Positions 1 to 8,282 of a DNA stretch of 45,426 nucleotides are shown here, piece after piece. The position numbers were made by a program, and so were the translations under genes. Numbering within the stretch: the first letter of the stretch is position 1; each line of letters opens with the position of its first letter. Source of the DNA: an uncultured Desulfobacca sp. (GTDB taxonomy: Bacteria > Desulfobacterota > Desulfobaccia > Desulfobaccales > Desulfobaccaceae); assembly GCA_964487625.1 (NCBI GenBank), contig CAZARS010000002.1:16257-61682 (forward strand). Direction: 5' to 3'. The notes under the pieces were generated by a model. That model had not been told where the DNA came from. It did not search any database and saw only the letters and a program-made list of their open reading frames with translations.

Positions 1-130
1 TGGCCGGATCAATGGCCCCATGCCCGTGTTCCCCACCGCCGGCCCAGGCCACCCCGGCGAGCAGCAAGCTGGAACTCAGGCCAAGCCAAAAGCCACGGCG
101 TTTCAGGCAATTCAGCGATCCTGTCATCAT
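1..130 (-). CDS. atpF: ATP synthase F0 subunit b, 5' part only (runs off the window start)
   Basis: Not in the ORF track. ATG at 130 overlaps the b' stop (ATGA). It reads MMTGSLNCLKRRGFWLGLSSSLLLAGVAWAGGGEHGHGAIDPA, a signal-like N-terminal extension of the kind seen in deltaproteobacterial AtpF. The call rests mainly on position after b'. Confidence 0.7.
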   Translation of the reverse strand, partial: MMTGSLNCLKRRGFWLGLSSSLLLAGVAWAGGGEHGHGAIDPA

Positions 131-555
131 GCCACTTCCCTCCCCAGAATCTTAGTAGCCAGGTCGAGGGCAAAGGATTCTACCTGAGGCCGCAACGCTT
201 CCCGGGCCGCGGCCACGTCAGCCTTGATCTTGGCCGTCATGCGCGCCACTTCTTCATCAACCTCCGCCTTTGCCTTCTCCAACATCCCGGCCTCTACGGC
301 GCTGCCTTCCTGTTTGATCATGTCGCGCCGGTTAATCCCACTTTTGCGAGCCGCCAGCAGCTCACTCTGGATTTCTTGGCGCACGCCCTGCTCCGACTCC
401 GTCAGCGAGGAGATGTCTGCTTGCATACCAGACACCAACGCCTGGCGTTCCTTCAGAATCCTCCGGATGGGCCGGAACAGGACCATGTTCAAGAGAAAGA
501 CCAGGAAGAGGAAATTGGCAATCTGCACAAACAACGTCCAATCAATGTCAATCAT
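127..555 (-). CDS. atpF': ATP synthase F0 subunit b' (AtpF-like)
   Basis: N-terminal TM helix DWTLFVQIANFLFLVFLLNMVLFRPI followed by a coiled coil ending KILGREV; AGAGG RBS upstream. Confidence 0.92.
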   Translation of the reverse strand: MIDIDWTLFVQIANFLFLVFLLNMVLFRPIRRILKERQALVSGMQADISSLTESEQGVRQEIQSELLAARKSGINRRDMIKQEGSAVEAGMLEKAKAEVDEEVARMTAKIKADVAAAREALRPQVESFALDLATKILGREVA

Positions 556-602
556 CTACTGGCCACCTCTTATAACGATTTGTAATACCTAAAAAAATGA
601 AT

Positions 603-620
603 ATGTGAACTTTTATGCAA
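603..620. promoter_or_regulatory. Putative Rex-like operator in the atp promoter
   Basis: ATGTGAACTTTTATGCAA is an imperfect match to TTGTGAA-N4-TTCACAA. It lies directly downstream of a minus-strand TTGACT (621-626). Confidence 0.4.
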
Positions 621-916
621 AGTCAATTTGGATTATTACCTTTTTTTGGCTGATCTGTCAAAGGTTTTTTTAAAAAATCGGCCTGCCTGGCTCCCCTTCC
701 CGGCATTTTCCTCAGCCTATCCTCTAACCCCTCAATTTAATATGGTATTCTCGCTCTTGGCGGGGCCGCCCGGCCGCCTGGGCCACTTGCCCCCTCTTAG
801 AGGCAATGAGGCGAAAACATTAGCAATATAAGCCAACCTCGGAGAGTGCTGGTCAAGCTCAGGGAATAATCGCAAAAAGATAAGTTATCCTCGGAGGTTA
901 ATTCTTGATGAAAAAA

Positions 917-2041
917 TCACAAAGTCGGCTTCGCAAATAAAAACTGCCGCATCCTGATATTGAGCAGCAGGCCGATTCCCAAGAAATTGGCCACCAGGGA
1001 TGATCCCCCATAACTAAAAAATGGCAGAGGGATGCCCACCACCGGCAAGAGGCCGGTGACCATGGAGATATTAATGAAAATCTGCCAAAATACCATGGCA
1101 GTGATGCCCACGGCCAGCAGGTTGCCGAAGCGCTCCCGGCAGGAGCGGGCAATATGAAGCCCCCAGAGAATGAGCAGGAGGTACAAGAGAATGAGGGTCA
1201 GTGACCCCACGAACCCCCATTCCTCGGCAAAAACTGAAAAGACGAAGTCAGTGTGCTGTTCCGGTAGGAAATTTAGTTGGCTCTGGGTGCCCTTGAGAAA
1301 CCCCTTGCCCCAGAATTGCCCAGAGCCCACGGCAATCTTGGACTGAATAATGTGATAGCCTGAACCCAGGGGGTCCCGCTCCGGGTCTAAAAAAGTATAA
1401 ATCCGCTGCTTCTGGTAATCCTTTAAAAAATACCAGAAGATTGGCGAGGCAGCCACGCCCCCTACCCCCAAAGTCACCAGGATATGCCACCGCACGCCCA
1501 CAAACAGAATCAGGGTAGCAGCCACGGCGGCTACCAATAGAGCGCTGCCCAGATCAGGCTGCTTGACGATTAAGACAAAGGGCAGCAGCATAAGGAGACT
1601 GGGAAAGGCTAACTGGCGCCAAGTCAATGGATCAAAGCGCTCCTGTCGATAAAAGTGGGTCGCCAGGGCCAGGATCACTGCCACTTTGGTGAGCTCCGAG
1701 GGCTGGAAGGTAAGGGGGCCAAAGACCAGCCAGCGTTTTGAACCAGCTACAACCTTCCCTACGATCATGACCGCTACGAGGAGGAGGATACTGAACCAGT
1801 AGAGGGGGTAAGCCAGGCGCTCCAACCGGCGATAATCAAAGGTGGTCATTATGACCATGAGGCCCAGTCCGATGAGCAACCAATACACTTGCTTAAGATA
1901 CAGCGGGGTAGCCCGATCTGCCGTCTGATTGAGCCCGGCGCTGAAAAGGTTGATGATTCCCAAGGAGACGATGGCCAGCACCAGGACAATGAGCAACCAG
2001 TCGATATTTTTTAAAAGACGGCGGTCAATGATCATAGCCAA
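917..2041 (-). CDS. rodA: Rod shape-determining SEDS glycosyltransferase RodA
   Basis: SEDS motifs GSKRW, FQPSELTK, QPDLGSA, GYHIIQSKIAVGSG, LPEQHTDF and PFFSYGGSS. Confidence 0.95.
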   Translation of the reverse strand: MAMIIDRRLLKNIDWLLIVLVLAIVSLGIINLFSAGLNQTADRATPLYLKQVYWLLIGLGLMVIMTTFDYRRLERLAYPLYWFSILLLVAVMIVGKVVAGSKRWLVFGPLTFQPSELTKVAVILALATHFYRQERFDPLTWRQLAFPSLLMLLPFVLIVKQPDLGSALLVAAVAATLILFVGVRWHILVTLGVGGVAASPIFWYFLKDYQKQRIYTFLDPERDPLGSGYHIIQSKIAVGSGQFWGKGFLKGTQSQLNFLPEQHTDFVFSVFAEEWGFVGSLTLILLYLLLILWGLHIARSCRERFGNLLAVGITAMVFWQIFINISMVTGLLPVVGIPLPFFSYGGSSLVANFLGIGLLLNIRMRQFLFAKPTL

Positions 2042-2139
2042 GCCACAGCCCTATAAGAGGAACAATATGCACAACCTAAAGGATTTTCTGCCCAGATTCG
2101 GTAGCTCCAGAGCCGGTGAGGAGGGACAAGGGAAACGGG

Positions 2140-2754
2140 TTAAGAAGAGGCGGCCGCTACCCGATGGCGTAAAGCCTCTCTGATGGTCTGTTGATCAGCA
2201 TATTTAAGGTCGCCACCCATGGGCAGGCCGTAGGCGATACGGGTGACCTGCACCCCCCGGGCCTGCAATTCCTTGCTCAAATAGGCAATAGTGGCCTCAC
2301 CTTCCAGACTGGGGTTGAGGGCCAAGATGACTTCCCGGATATTTTCCGGCGCCAGACGGGCTAACAGGGTGTTGATATGGAGATCGCCCGGGCCGATGTT
2401 ATCCAAGGGCGAGATCAGGCCTCCCAAGACATGGTAGGTCCCTTGAAAAAAACCCACCCGCTCCAGGGCCATCAGGTCCCCAGGATCGGCCACCACGCAG
2501 ATCTGCCCGGTCTGGCGGGCCGGATCAGCGCAGATCGGGCAAAGTTCCTGATCAGCAAAGGCATGGCAACGCCGACACAGGCCGATCTTTTCCTTCAGTT
2601 CCTGCAAAGCCTGGCTGAGGGCCAGCACCTCCTGGGCCGGGGCCCGCAAAAGGTGCAGGGCCAAGCGGGAGGCGGTCTTCTCGCCAATGCCCGGCCATTT
2701 GCTCAAAGCCTTTATCACTTGCCGGAGGGGAGCCGGATAATAAGGTCGCGCCAT
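2140..2754 (-). CDS. recR: Recombination mediator RecR
   Basis: PGIGEKTASRLA HhH motif, C4 zinc finger (CRRC...CPIC), toprim domain with EGEAT and TRIAYGLPMGGDLKYAD. Confidence 0.97.
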   Translation of the reverse strand: MARPYYPAPLRQVIKALSKWPGIGEKTASRLALHLLRAPAQEVLALSQALQELKEKIGLCRRCHAFADQELCPICADPARQTGQICVVADPGDLMALERVGFFQGTYHVLGGLISPLDNIGPGDLHINTLLARLAPENIREVILALNPSLEGEATIAYLSKELQARGVQVTRIAYGLPMGGDLKYADQQTIREALRHRVAAASS

Positions 2755-2783
2755 GTTCTGGTTTGATACTTGCCGAGCTTCGG

Positions 2784-3095
2784 CTAGAAAAGGCCGGGAA
2801 TTTTCAGGCCACCGGTGAGTTTGGCCATTTCCGTGGAAACCATCTCCCGGGAGCGGTTGAGGGCTTCGTTAACGGCAGCCAAGATCAGGTCTTGGAGCAT
2901 CTCGGTATCGTCGGGATTCACTACTTCCGGATCAATGCGCAGGGAGAGGATTTCCTGACGGCCATTGGCCACTACCTCCACCATGCCGCCCCCCACCTGG
3001 GCAGTGACGGTCTTATTGCCCAATTCTTCCTGCATTTCCAGCATCTTGCTTTGTAGCTTCTGGGCCTGTTTCATCATGTTGCCGAAGTTTTTCAC
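2784..3095 (-). CDS. ybaB: YbaB/EbfC nucleoid-associated protein
   Basis: MMKQAQKLQ...GGGMVEV...D..MLQDLILAAVNEA...PGLF; conserved dnaX-ybaB-recR order; GTG start overlaps the dnaX stop. Confidence 0.95.
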   Translation of the reverse strand: MKNFGNMMKQAQKLQSKMLEMQEELGNKTVTAQVGGGMVEVVANGRQEILSLRIDPEVVNPDDTEMLQDLILAAVNEALNRSREMVSTEMAKLTGGLKIPGLF

Positions 3096-4756
3096 GTCTG
3101 GATCTCCTCCTGGGATGTCGTGACGCTGTCCTGGCCGCTAAGCCATTGCCCGCCAAAGATGTCCAGGGCCAAGGGCTTGAGCTCGGTGAACGTCAACTGG
3201 CGCTTGGCTGGGGTTTCCGGCACCGAGCTAACCGGCGCCGGAGGTAGCTCAATCTCCAGCCGATAGCGGGGGCCAAAGAACTGCTGGACCAAAGCCTGTA
3301 GTTGCTCTGCATGGTGAGGTTGGGCAGACCGCCACGCCTCGGTGGGGGCCACGCGGAGCAGGCCGTCATCTTGGTCGACCAAGCGGCTGCCGGCCAAGCG
3401 TCCGGCCAAGGGGCCGCCATCCTGGGCCTCCAGAAAAGCCAAAAAAGCCTGCCAACGCGTCTCATCCACGCTCGGCTCGGGTGTGGCTGGCTCAAGGGGT
3501 GGCACGGCCGGAGGGGTCACCTCCTCCCGAGAAGGCTCGGGCATCGCTGGCCAAGGGGCCAAGACTGGCATTTCCTGGGCAGCCATGGTCGCAATGGTGT
3601 CACCCTGCTGCCCGAGCCGGCTCTCCAAAGCCGTTAACCGCTGCAGCCAGTCAGGGAGATCCAGCAGCGGCTCCAGACTCACCAACCGCAACAACAGGAT
3701 TTCCAACGAAAGCCGGGGATGGGGCGACCGCCGCAGTTCCTCTTCGCCCCGCAGCAGGCTACTTAAGAGGTTAAACAGGTGGGCCAAACTGACGGGCTGG
3801 GCCAGGGAGTGGAGATAATCCCACTCCTGGTCAGCCAGATCTGCCAGGGGACGGGCGCTGGGCCCAAGTTTGGCCATGAGCAAGTGACGGCTAAAGAGCA
3901 GCAGGTCCTGATAAAAACGTCGCAAGTCGTGGCCATGCTCATGACAGGCGGCGACGATTTCCAAGAGTTTCGGCCCTTGCCGCTGCACCAGGGCGCTTAG
4001 GGTCTCCAGGAGGAGACGCCGATCCGTGACCCCCAGAATGCGGGCAATAGCCTAGACGCTGACATTGGGGCCGCCGAAGGTAATGACCTGGTCCAGTAGC
4101 CCCTGGGCATCCCGCATGCCGCCCTCGGATTCCTGGGCGATGAGTTGTAGGCCTGCCGGCGCAATGGACCAACCTTCCCTAGCCGCCATCTGAGCCAGAT
4201 GTTCCTGAATGGCCGCAGTGCTTAGGCGCTTAAAATCATAGCGTTGGCAACGGGATAAGATCGTGACCGGCACCTTGTGGGCTTCGGTGGTGGCCAAGAT
4301 GAAAATGGCGTGGGCCGGGGGTTCCTCCAGGGTCTTCAGGAGGGCGTTAAAGGCCTCCTTGGTGAGCATGTGGACTTCGTCGATAATAAAAACCTTATAA
4401 CCCCCATGGGCCGGCAGGTATTTAATATTTTCCCGCAGTTCCCGGACCTCATCGATGCCCCGATTGCTGGCGCCGTCAATTTCTAAAACGTCTAGGCTAT
4501 GGCCTTGGGTGATCTCCTGGCAGGCTTGGCACTGATTGCAGGGCGTGGGCGTCGGGCCCTGGACACAATTGAGGGCCTTGGCCAAGATGCGGGCCACTGA
4601 GGTTTTGCCCACCCCCCGAGGGCCACTGAAGAGAAAGGCATGGGCCACCCGCCCCATCTCCAGGGCGTTCTTCAGAGTCCGGGTGACATGCTCCTGCCCC
4701 ACTACCTCATCAAAGGTTTGGGGCCGCCATTTGCGGGCTAAAACCTGATATGACAT
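3092..4756 (-). CDS. dnaX: DNA polymerase III subunit tau/gamma, interrupted by an in-frame TAG at 4052-4054 (codon 235); 554 aa if read through
   Basis: MSYQVLARKWRPQTF, Walker A GPRGVGKTS, Zn cysteines, DEVHML and SRC. ORFs 4052..4840 and 3092..3988 share a frame and are joined by 21 sense codons (AIARILGVTDRRLLLETLSAL) after the TAG. An upstream GTG at 4840 is an alternative start. Confidence 0.9.
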
Positions 4757-5190
4757 AAATATTTTTTGTGAGGTTGACCGTACGGCAAAGGTGCTGGTTT
4801 GCAGGGGCTCCGGCCACCAGGGTGTCTGCAGGCTGGCCACGAAGTTGCTTTCTCCTTAATGTGTATCATTGACAGACACCCTTTAGCAAGTCATTTCCCA
4901 AGCTGCCAAGAGGTCAAAGTCAAGAGGTCCAATGAGGTAGATCATGCCAAAATGCGTCTGGCGGACCGCTGGACAACCCTTGTCACCAGGGAGATGCTAT
5001 AATAGGCGAAATGATAAGTTCGCCCCACCCGACTTGCCCCCGGAAGGTCCAGAACTTCCTTGCCACGCTTCACAGAGAGGGGTAGGGTAGGAGGCAGACA
5101 AAGAATTATTGCCCTAGGAGTGCTAATTCGTCTTCATCCGGAAACCGTTAGCAAGCCAAATCGGGTATTGTGATGGGTGAAAATTGCCAA

Positions 5191-5219
5191 TGTAGGGGCT
5201 GGGTTACCCAGCCCCTACA
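5191..5219. repeat. GTAG-type REP-like palindrome
   Basis: TGTAGGGGCTGGG-TTA-CCCAGCCCCTACA: a perfect 13-bp stem beginning with GTAG, in an intergenic region. Confidence 0.65.
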
Positions 5220-5328
5220 ATCGAACCATCCTGAATATTCGGTCTTTCTGGATAAAGATCAATTCAGAAAACTTAACTTCGGCTCCCGATAACTGGTGGC
5301 CGGTCTAAGCCCGGCCCTGCAGAGGTGT

Positions 5329-6834
5329 ATGATCATGTCTTCCTTAAATTTTGAAATGGTAATGCTTTTGACGCTGGTGGTGGTTATAACCCTTGTGGCC
5401 TTCGGCACCCTCATCATGGTCATTTTCCTCTGGCGGCGCCTGCCCACCGGTGATTTGGCCACGGCACTCACCCTACAGGGCGAACTCCTGGAGAAGGGAC
5501 TAGCCCGGCTGGAGCAGGTTGTCCGAGAAGAGATTGGCCGCAACCGGGAGGAGTTCCTGACCAGCGCCCGGCGGGATCGGGAGGAGTTGACCACGGCCTT
5601 CACGGGTTTTTCCCAGCAGACCAGGGACTTGCTTCTGAAGCTCCGGGAGACCTTGGATCAGGCCGGTCAAGCCCTCAAGCTGGAGAACAGCGCCAAGCTC
5701 GAGGCCATCCGGGAAGAGAACGCCATGGCTGCTAAACAACAGCGCCAGGAATTGGGGCAGTCGCTGCAAAGCTTCAACGACTCGGTGCTCAAAGGGATGA
5801 CCGAGATGGGGCAGTTGTTAAAGGATCAGATGGAGTCCTTTGCCCGGCAGATGCAGCAATTGACCGATAGCAACACCCAGCAGCAGGAGGCTTTGCGGCA
5901 GGCGGTGGAGACAAAACTCCGGGACATCCAGACTGATAACGCCAAACAGTTAGAGCAGATGCGGGCTACCGTGGACGAAAAGCTCCAAGGAACCCTGGAG
6001 GCCAGGCTGGGGGCTTCTTTCAAGCAAGTCTCGGAGCGCTTGGAACAGGTGCACAAGGGGCTGGGGGAGATGCAGAGTCTAGCCACCGGAGTGGGCGACC
6101 TGAAGCGGGTCTTGACCAACATCAGGAGTCGGGGCGATTGGGGGGAAATCCGCCTGGAGGCCCTCCTGGAACATACCTTGGCCCCAGAACAATATGCCCG
6201 CAACGTGAAATTAGGAGACATCGGCGGGGAGGTGGTGGAATTTGCCCTCCGCCTGCCAGGGCGGGGCAATGGCGAGGAAGTCTGGCTGCCCATTGACGCC
6301 AAGTTTCCCCTGACGGTCTACGAAAGTTTAGTGGCCGCCCAAGAGGCGGCCCAGAGCGAAGCCGTGCAGGCTGCAGCCAAAAGGCTGGCCGACAGCGTCC
6401 GGGCCAACGCCCGAGACATCAGCAGCAAGTATCTGCGGCCGCCCAAGACCACCGATTTTGCCGTGATGTTTTTGCCCAACGAGGGGCTCTATGCCGAAGT
6501 TTTGCGCCAACCCGGACTGGCTGAGTCCATCCAGCGGGAGTTCCGGGTAGTCATCGCCGGCCCCACCACCTTTGCGGCGCTCCTCAACAGTTTGCAGATG
6601 GGATTCCGCACCCTGGCTATCCAGCAGCGGTCCAGCGAAGTCTGGCGTCTGTTGGGGGCCGTGAAGACTGAATTCAGTAAGTTCGGCACGATCCTGGAGG
6701 GCGTGAAAAAGAAGTTGGATCAAGCCAGCCATACCATGGACGATGCCGCCCGCCGCTCCCGGGCCATTGAACGGCACCTCCGCCAGGTGGAGGCCCTCCC
6801 CGAAGGCAGCGGCGTTTTGGAGCTGCAGGAATAA
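5329..6834 (+). CDS. rmuC: DNA recombination protein RmuC family
   Basis: N-terminal TM helix, long coiled coil, RGDWGE, LPIDAKFP, TTDFAVMFLPNEGLYAE and LNSLQMGFRTLAIQQRSSEVW. ATG 5329 follows AGAGGT. Confidence 0.92.
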   Translation: MIMSSLNFEMVMLLTLVVVITLVAFGTLIMVIFLWRRLPTGDLATALTLQGELLEKGLARLEQVVREEIGRNREEFLTSARRDREELTTAFTGFSQQTRDLLLKLRETLDQAGQALKLENSAKLEAIREENAMAAKQQRQELGQSLQSFNDSVLKGMTEMGQLLKDQMESFARQMQQLTDSNTQQQEALRQAVETKLRDIQTDNAKQLEQMRATVDEKLQGTLEARLGASFKQVSERLEQVHKGLGEMQSLATGVGDLKRVLTNIRSRGDWGEIRLEALLEHTLAPEQYARNVKLGDIGGEVVEFALRLPGRGNGEEVWLPIDAKFPLTVYESLVAAQEAAQSEAVQAAAKRLADSVRANARDISSKYLRPPKTTDFAVMFLPNEGLYAEVLRQPGLAESIQREFRVVIAGPTTFAALLNSLQMGFRTLAIQQRSSEVWRLLGAVKTEFSKFGTILEGVKKKLDQASHTMDDAARRSRAIERHLRQVEALPEGSGVLELQE

Positions 6835-6848
6835 CTTGTCAAGCATGA

Positions 6849-7147
6849 GCCGCATATCCGGCAGATCCCCAGCAAAGGGTTATAATCGCCTGCCAAGGTG
6901 CTACTCACAAGCCTTTGCTCACTCTAAATCAAGTTGTGGTGACACAGGCTCTCTGCCCGGTGCGCGATGCACTTGCAGAACATGCTAGACGTTATATAGG
7001 AAAGGGAAAATTCATTTTTGTCTCCTGAAGAGGCAAAGGTTTTGAGATCTTGCGGTCGCTTCGCTTCGTTGGAATCACAGATTGGTCCATCTTGCAAGTG
7101 AGTTGCGGCGGGGCTGCTGATTGCCCAAACTTTGCCAGATACTCCTG
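6849..7147. repeat. Possible highly diverged relic of the MITE/REP element
   Basis: TATCCGGCA near 6855 and TTTGCCAGATACTCCTG near 7131-7147 resemble the element's ends. The interior TGTCTCCTGAAG...GAGATCTT...CGCTTCGCTTCG resembles its internal REP doublet. No target duplication is visible. Confidence 0.3.
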
Positions 7148-7176
7148 CATCATAGCCGCCCCAGGTAAGTGGGATG

Positions 7177-7212
7177 AAAAAAGGGCGGGCCTGGATCAGG
7201 CTCGCCCTTTTT
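7177..7212. terminator. Bidirectional intrinsic terminator
   Basis: AAAAAAGGGCGGGCCTG-GAT-CAGGCTCGCCCTTTTT: a GC-rich stem flanked by A and T tracts, between convergent genes. Confidence 0.75.
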
Positions 7213-7245
7213 GCGGTTATCACACTAGCGCCACGGGGGTGTTGC

Positions 7246-7482
7246 TTATGGTTCGCCCCGGGATTTTTTGTATTGGTCGTAGATGAGCCCGCCCAAAGCG
7301 CCGGCACCGGCACCGATGGCCGCGCCCGTGCCAGGACTTCCGGCAATGGCACCGATGGCTGCACCACTGGCCGCGCCGATGGCCCCACCACTCAGGGTCC
7401 GCTGGGTAGTATAGGACATACCCGAACAACCGACGGCCAGAAAACAGACCAGCACGATTAATACGCAGGCTTTCCGCATCAT
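7246..7482 (-). CDS. Small glycine-zipper lipoprotein
   Basis: Start after AGAGGT; signal MMRKACVLIVLVCFLAVG-C with a lipobox; GAIGAASGAAIGA...GAAIGAGAGALGG glycine zipper. Confidence 0.8.
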   Translation of the reverse strand: MMRKACVLIVLVCFLAVGCSGMSYTTQRTLSGGAIGAASGAAIGAIAGSPGTGAAIGAGAGALGGLIYDQYKKSRGEP

Positions 7483-7495
7483 GACACCTCTTCCG

Positions 7496-7873
7496 TTACT
7501 TTTTGGCAGGGGGACAGATCTTGGAAGCATGGCGAATCATGACTTCCAACACCGGTTTGTATAAATCTTGGGGATTGTCCTTGTAATATTGATCGATCTC
7601 TTTCACCACTGAATCAATGGACCGTTCTTTGAATTCTTGTACTAATACATAGGCAATGCAATAACCGCGGCTGTCCTTGGAAACGTCCGCTTGGACCTCA
7701 AAGTCAGCCATGTTACCGATACCCTTGATATAGGTTACTTTGGCATCATAGGAAATATTTTGCCAATGGGTGCCGTCCAACATGAAGGGCTGCCCCCACG
7801 CCGTCACGACCAGGAGGAAACCGCTCACCAGAAAGCATATCATTGCCACACTATAACGCCTTTGAAGTCGCAT
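7496..7873 (-). CDS. Secreted hypothetical protein
   Basis: GAAGGAG RBS; Sec-type signal peptide ending AWG; protein-like composition; co-oriented with the lipoprotein gene. Confidence 0.75.
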   Translation of the reverse strand: MRLQRRYSVAMICFLVSGFLLVVTAWGQPFMLDGTHWQNISYDAKVTYIKGIGNMADFEVQADVSKDSRGYCIAYVLVQEFKERSIDSVVKEIDQYYKDNPQDLYKPVLEVMIRHASKICPPAKK

Positions 7874-8282
7874 CTGCCAGCTCCTTCGGAGATTTTTCTT
7901 CTCATGATATAGAAGCGGATCACGGGTGTCAAGAGAGATTGCGGGGGAGATCAGGGAAAAGAGGTCATTCGGGAGGCTGGTAATTCAACGCCATCTGGTG
8001 GTGCGGGCGTTTTTTAAGCGCGCAGTCGAGGGAGCCTTGACGGCCTCTAGGGCTCGCAGTACCGGGGGATAGCAGGGCCGCGACAGGCAACCCCCTCAGA
8101 AAAAGTATGGGTTGGCTTGTCATTTCATGAATTGCCAGAGGTTAAAGGGAGATGAAAATTTTCTCCCTAACCAAAAACCAAAAAGACAGGTCCGTCCTTG
8201 GTCCTGCCTTATCTCAGGTGGTGAGAGGGCAGCGCTACCCCTTGGGGAAACTTACCCTCCTAATGTTTCCTGCCGTAGCCTC

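Noticed and set aside
3092-3988. Separate gene, or E. coli-type -1 frameshift generating DnaX gamma
   Set aside because: It is in frame with the 5' part of dnaX, has no well-spaced RBS before GTG 3988, and no A-AAA-AAG or long A run was seen on the coding strand.
4757-5000. SRP RNA (ffs) upstream of dnaX, as in many bacteria
   Set aside because: No CAGG...GGAAG/AGCAG domain IV consensus was found on either strand.
6988-7000. ModE box (CGTTATATAG; similar half sites near 571 and 17213)
   Set aside because: Only half sites, with no properly spaced second arm, and none is at the fdh promoter.
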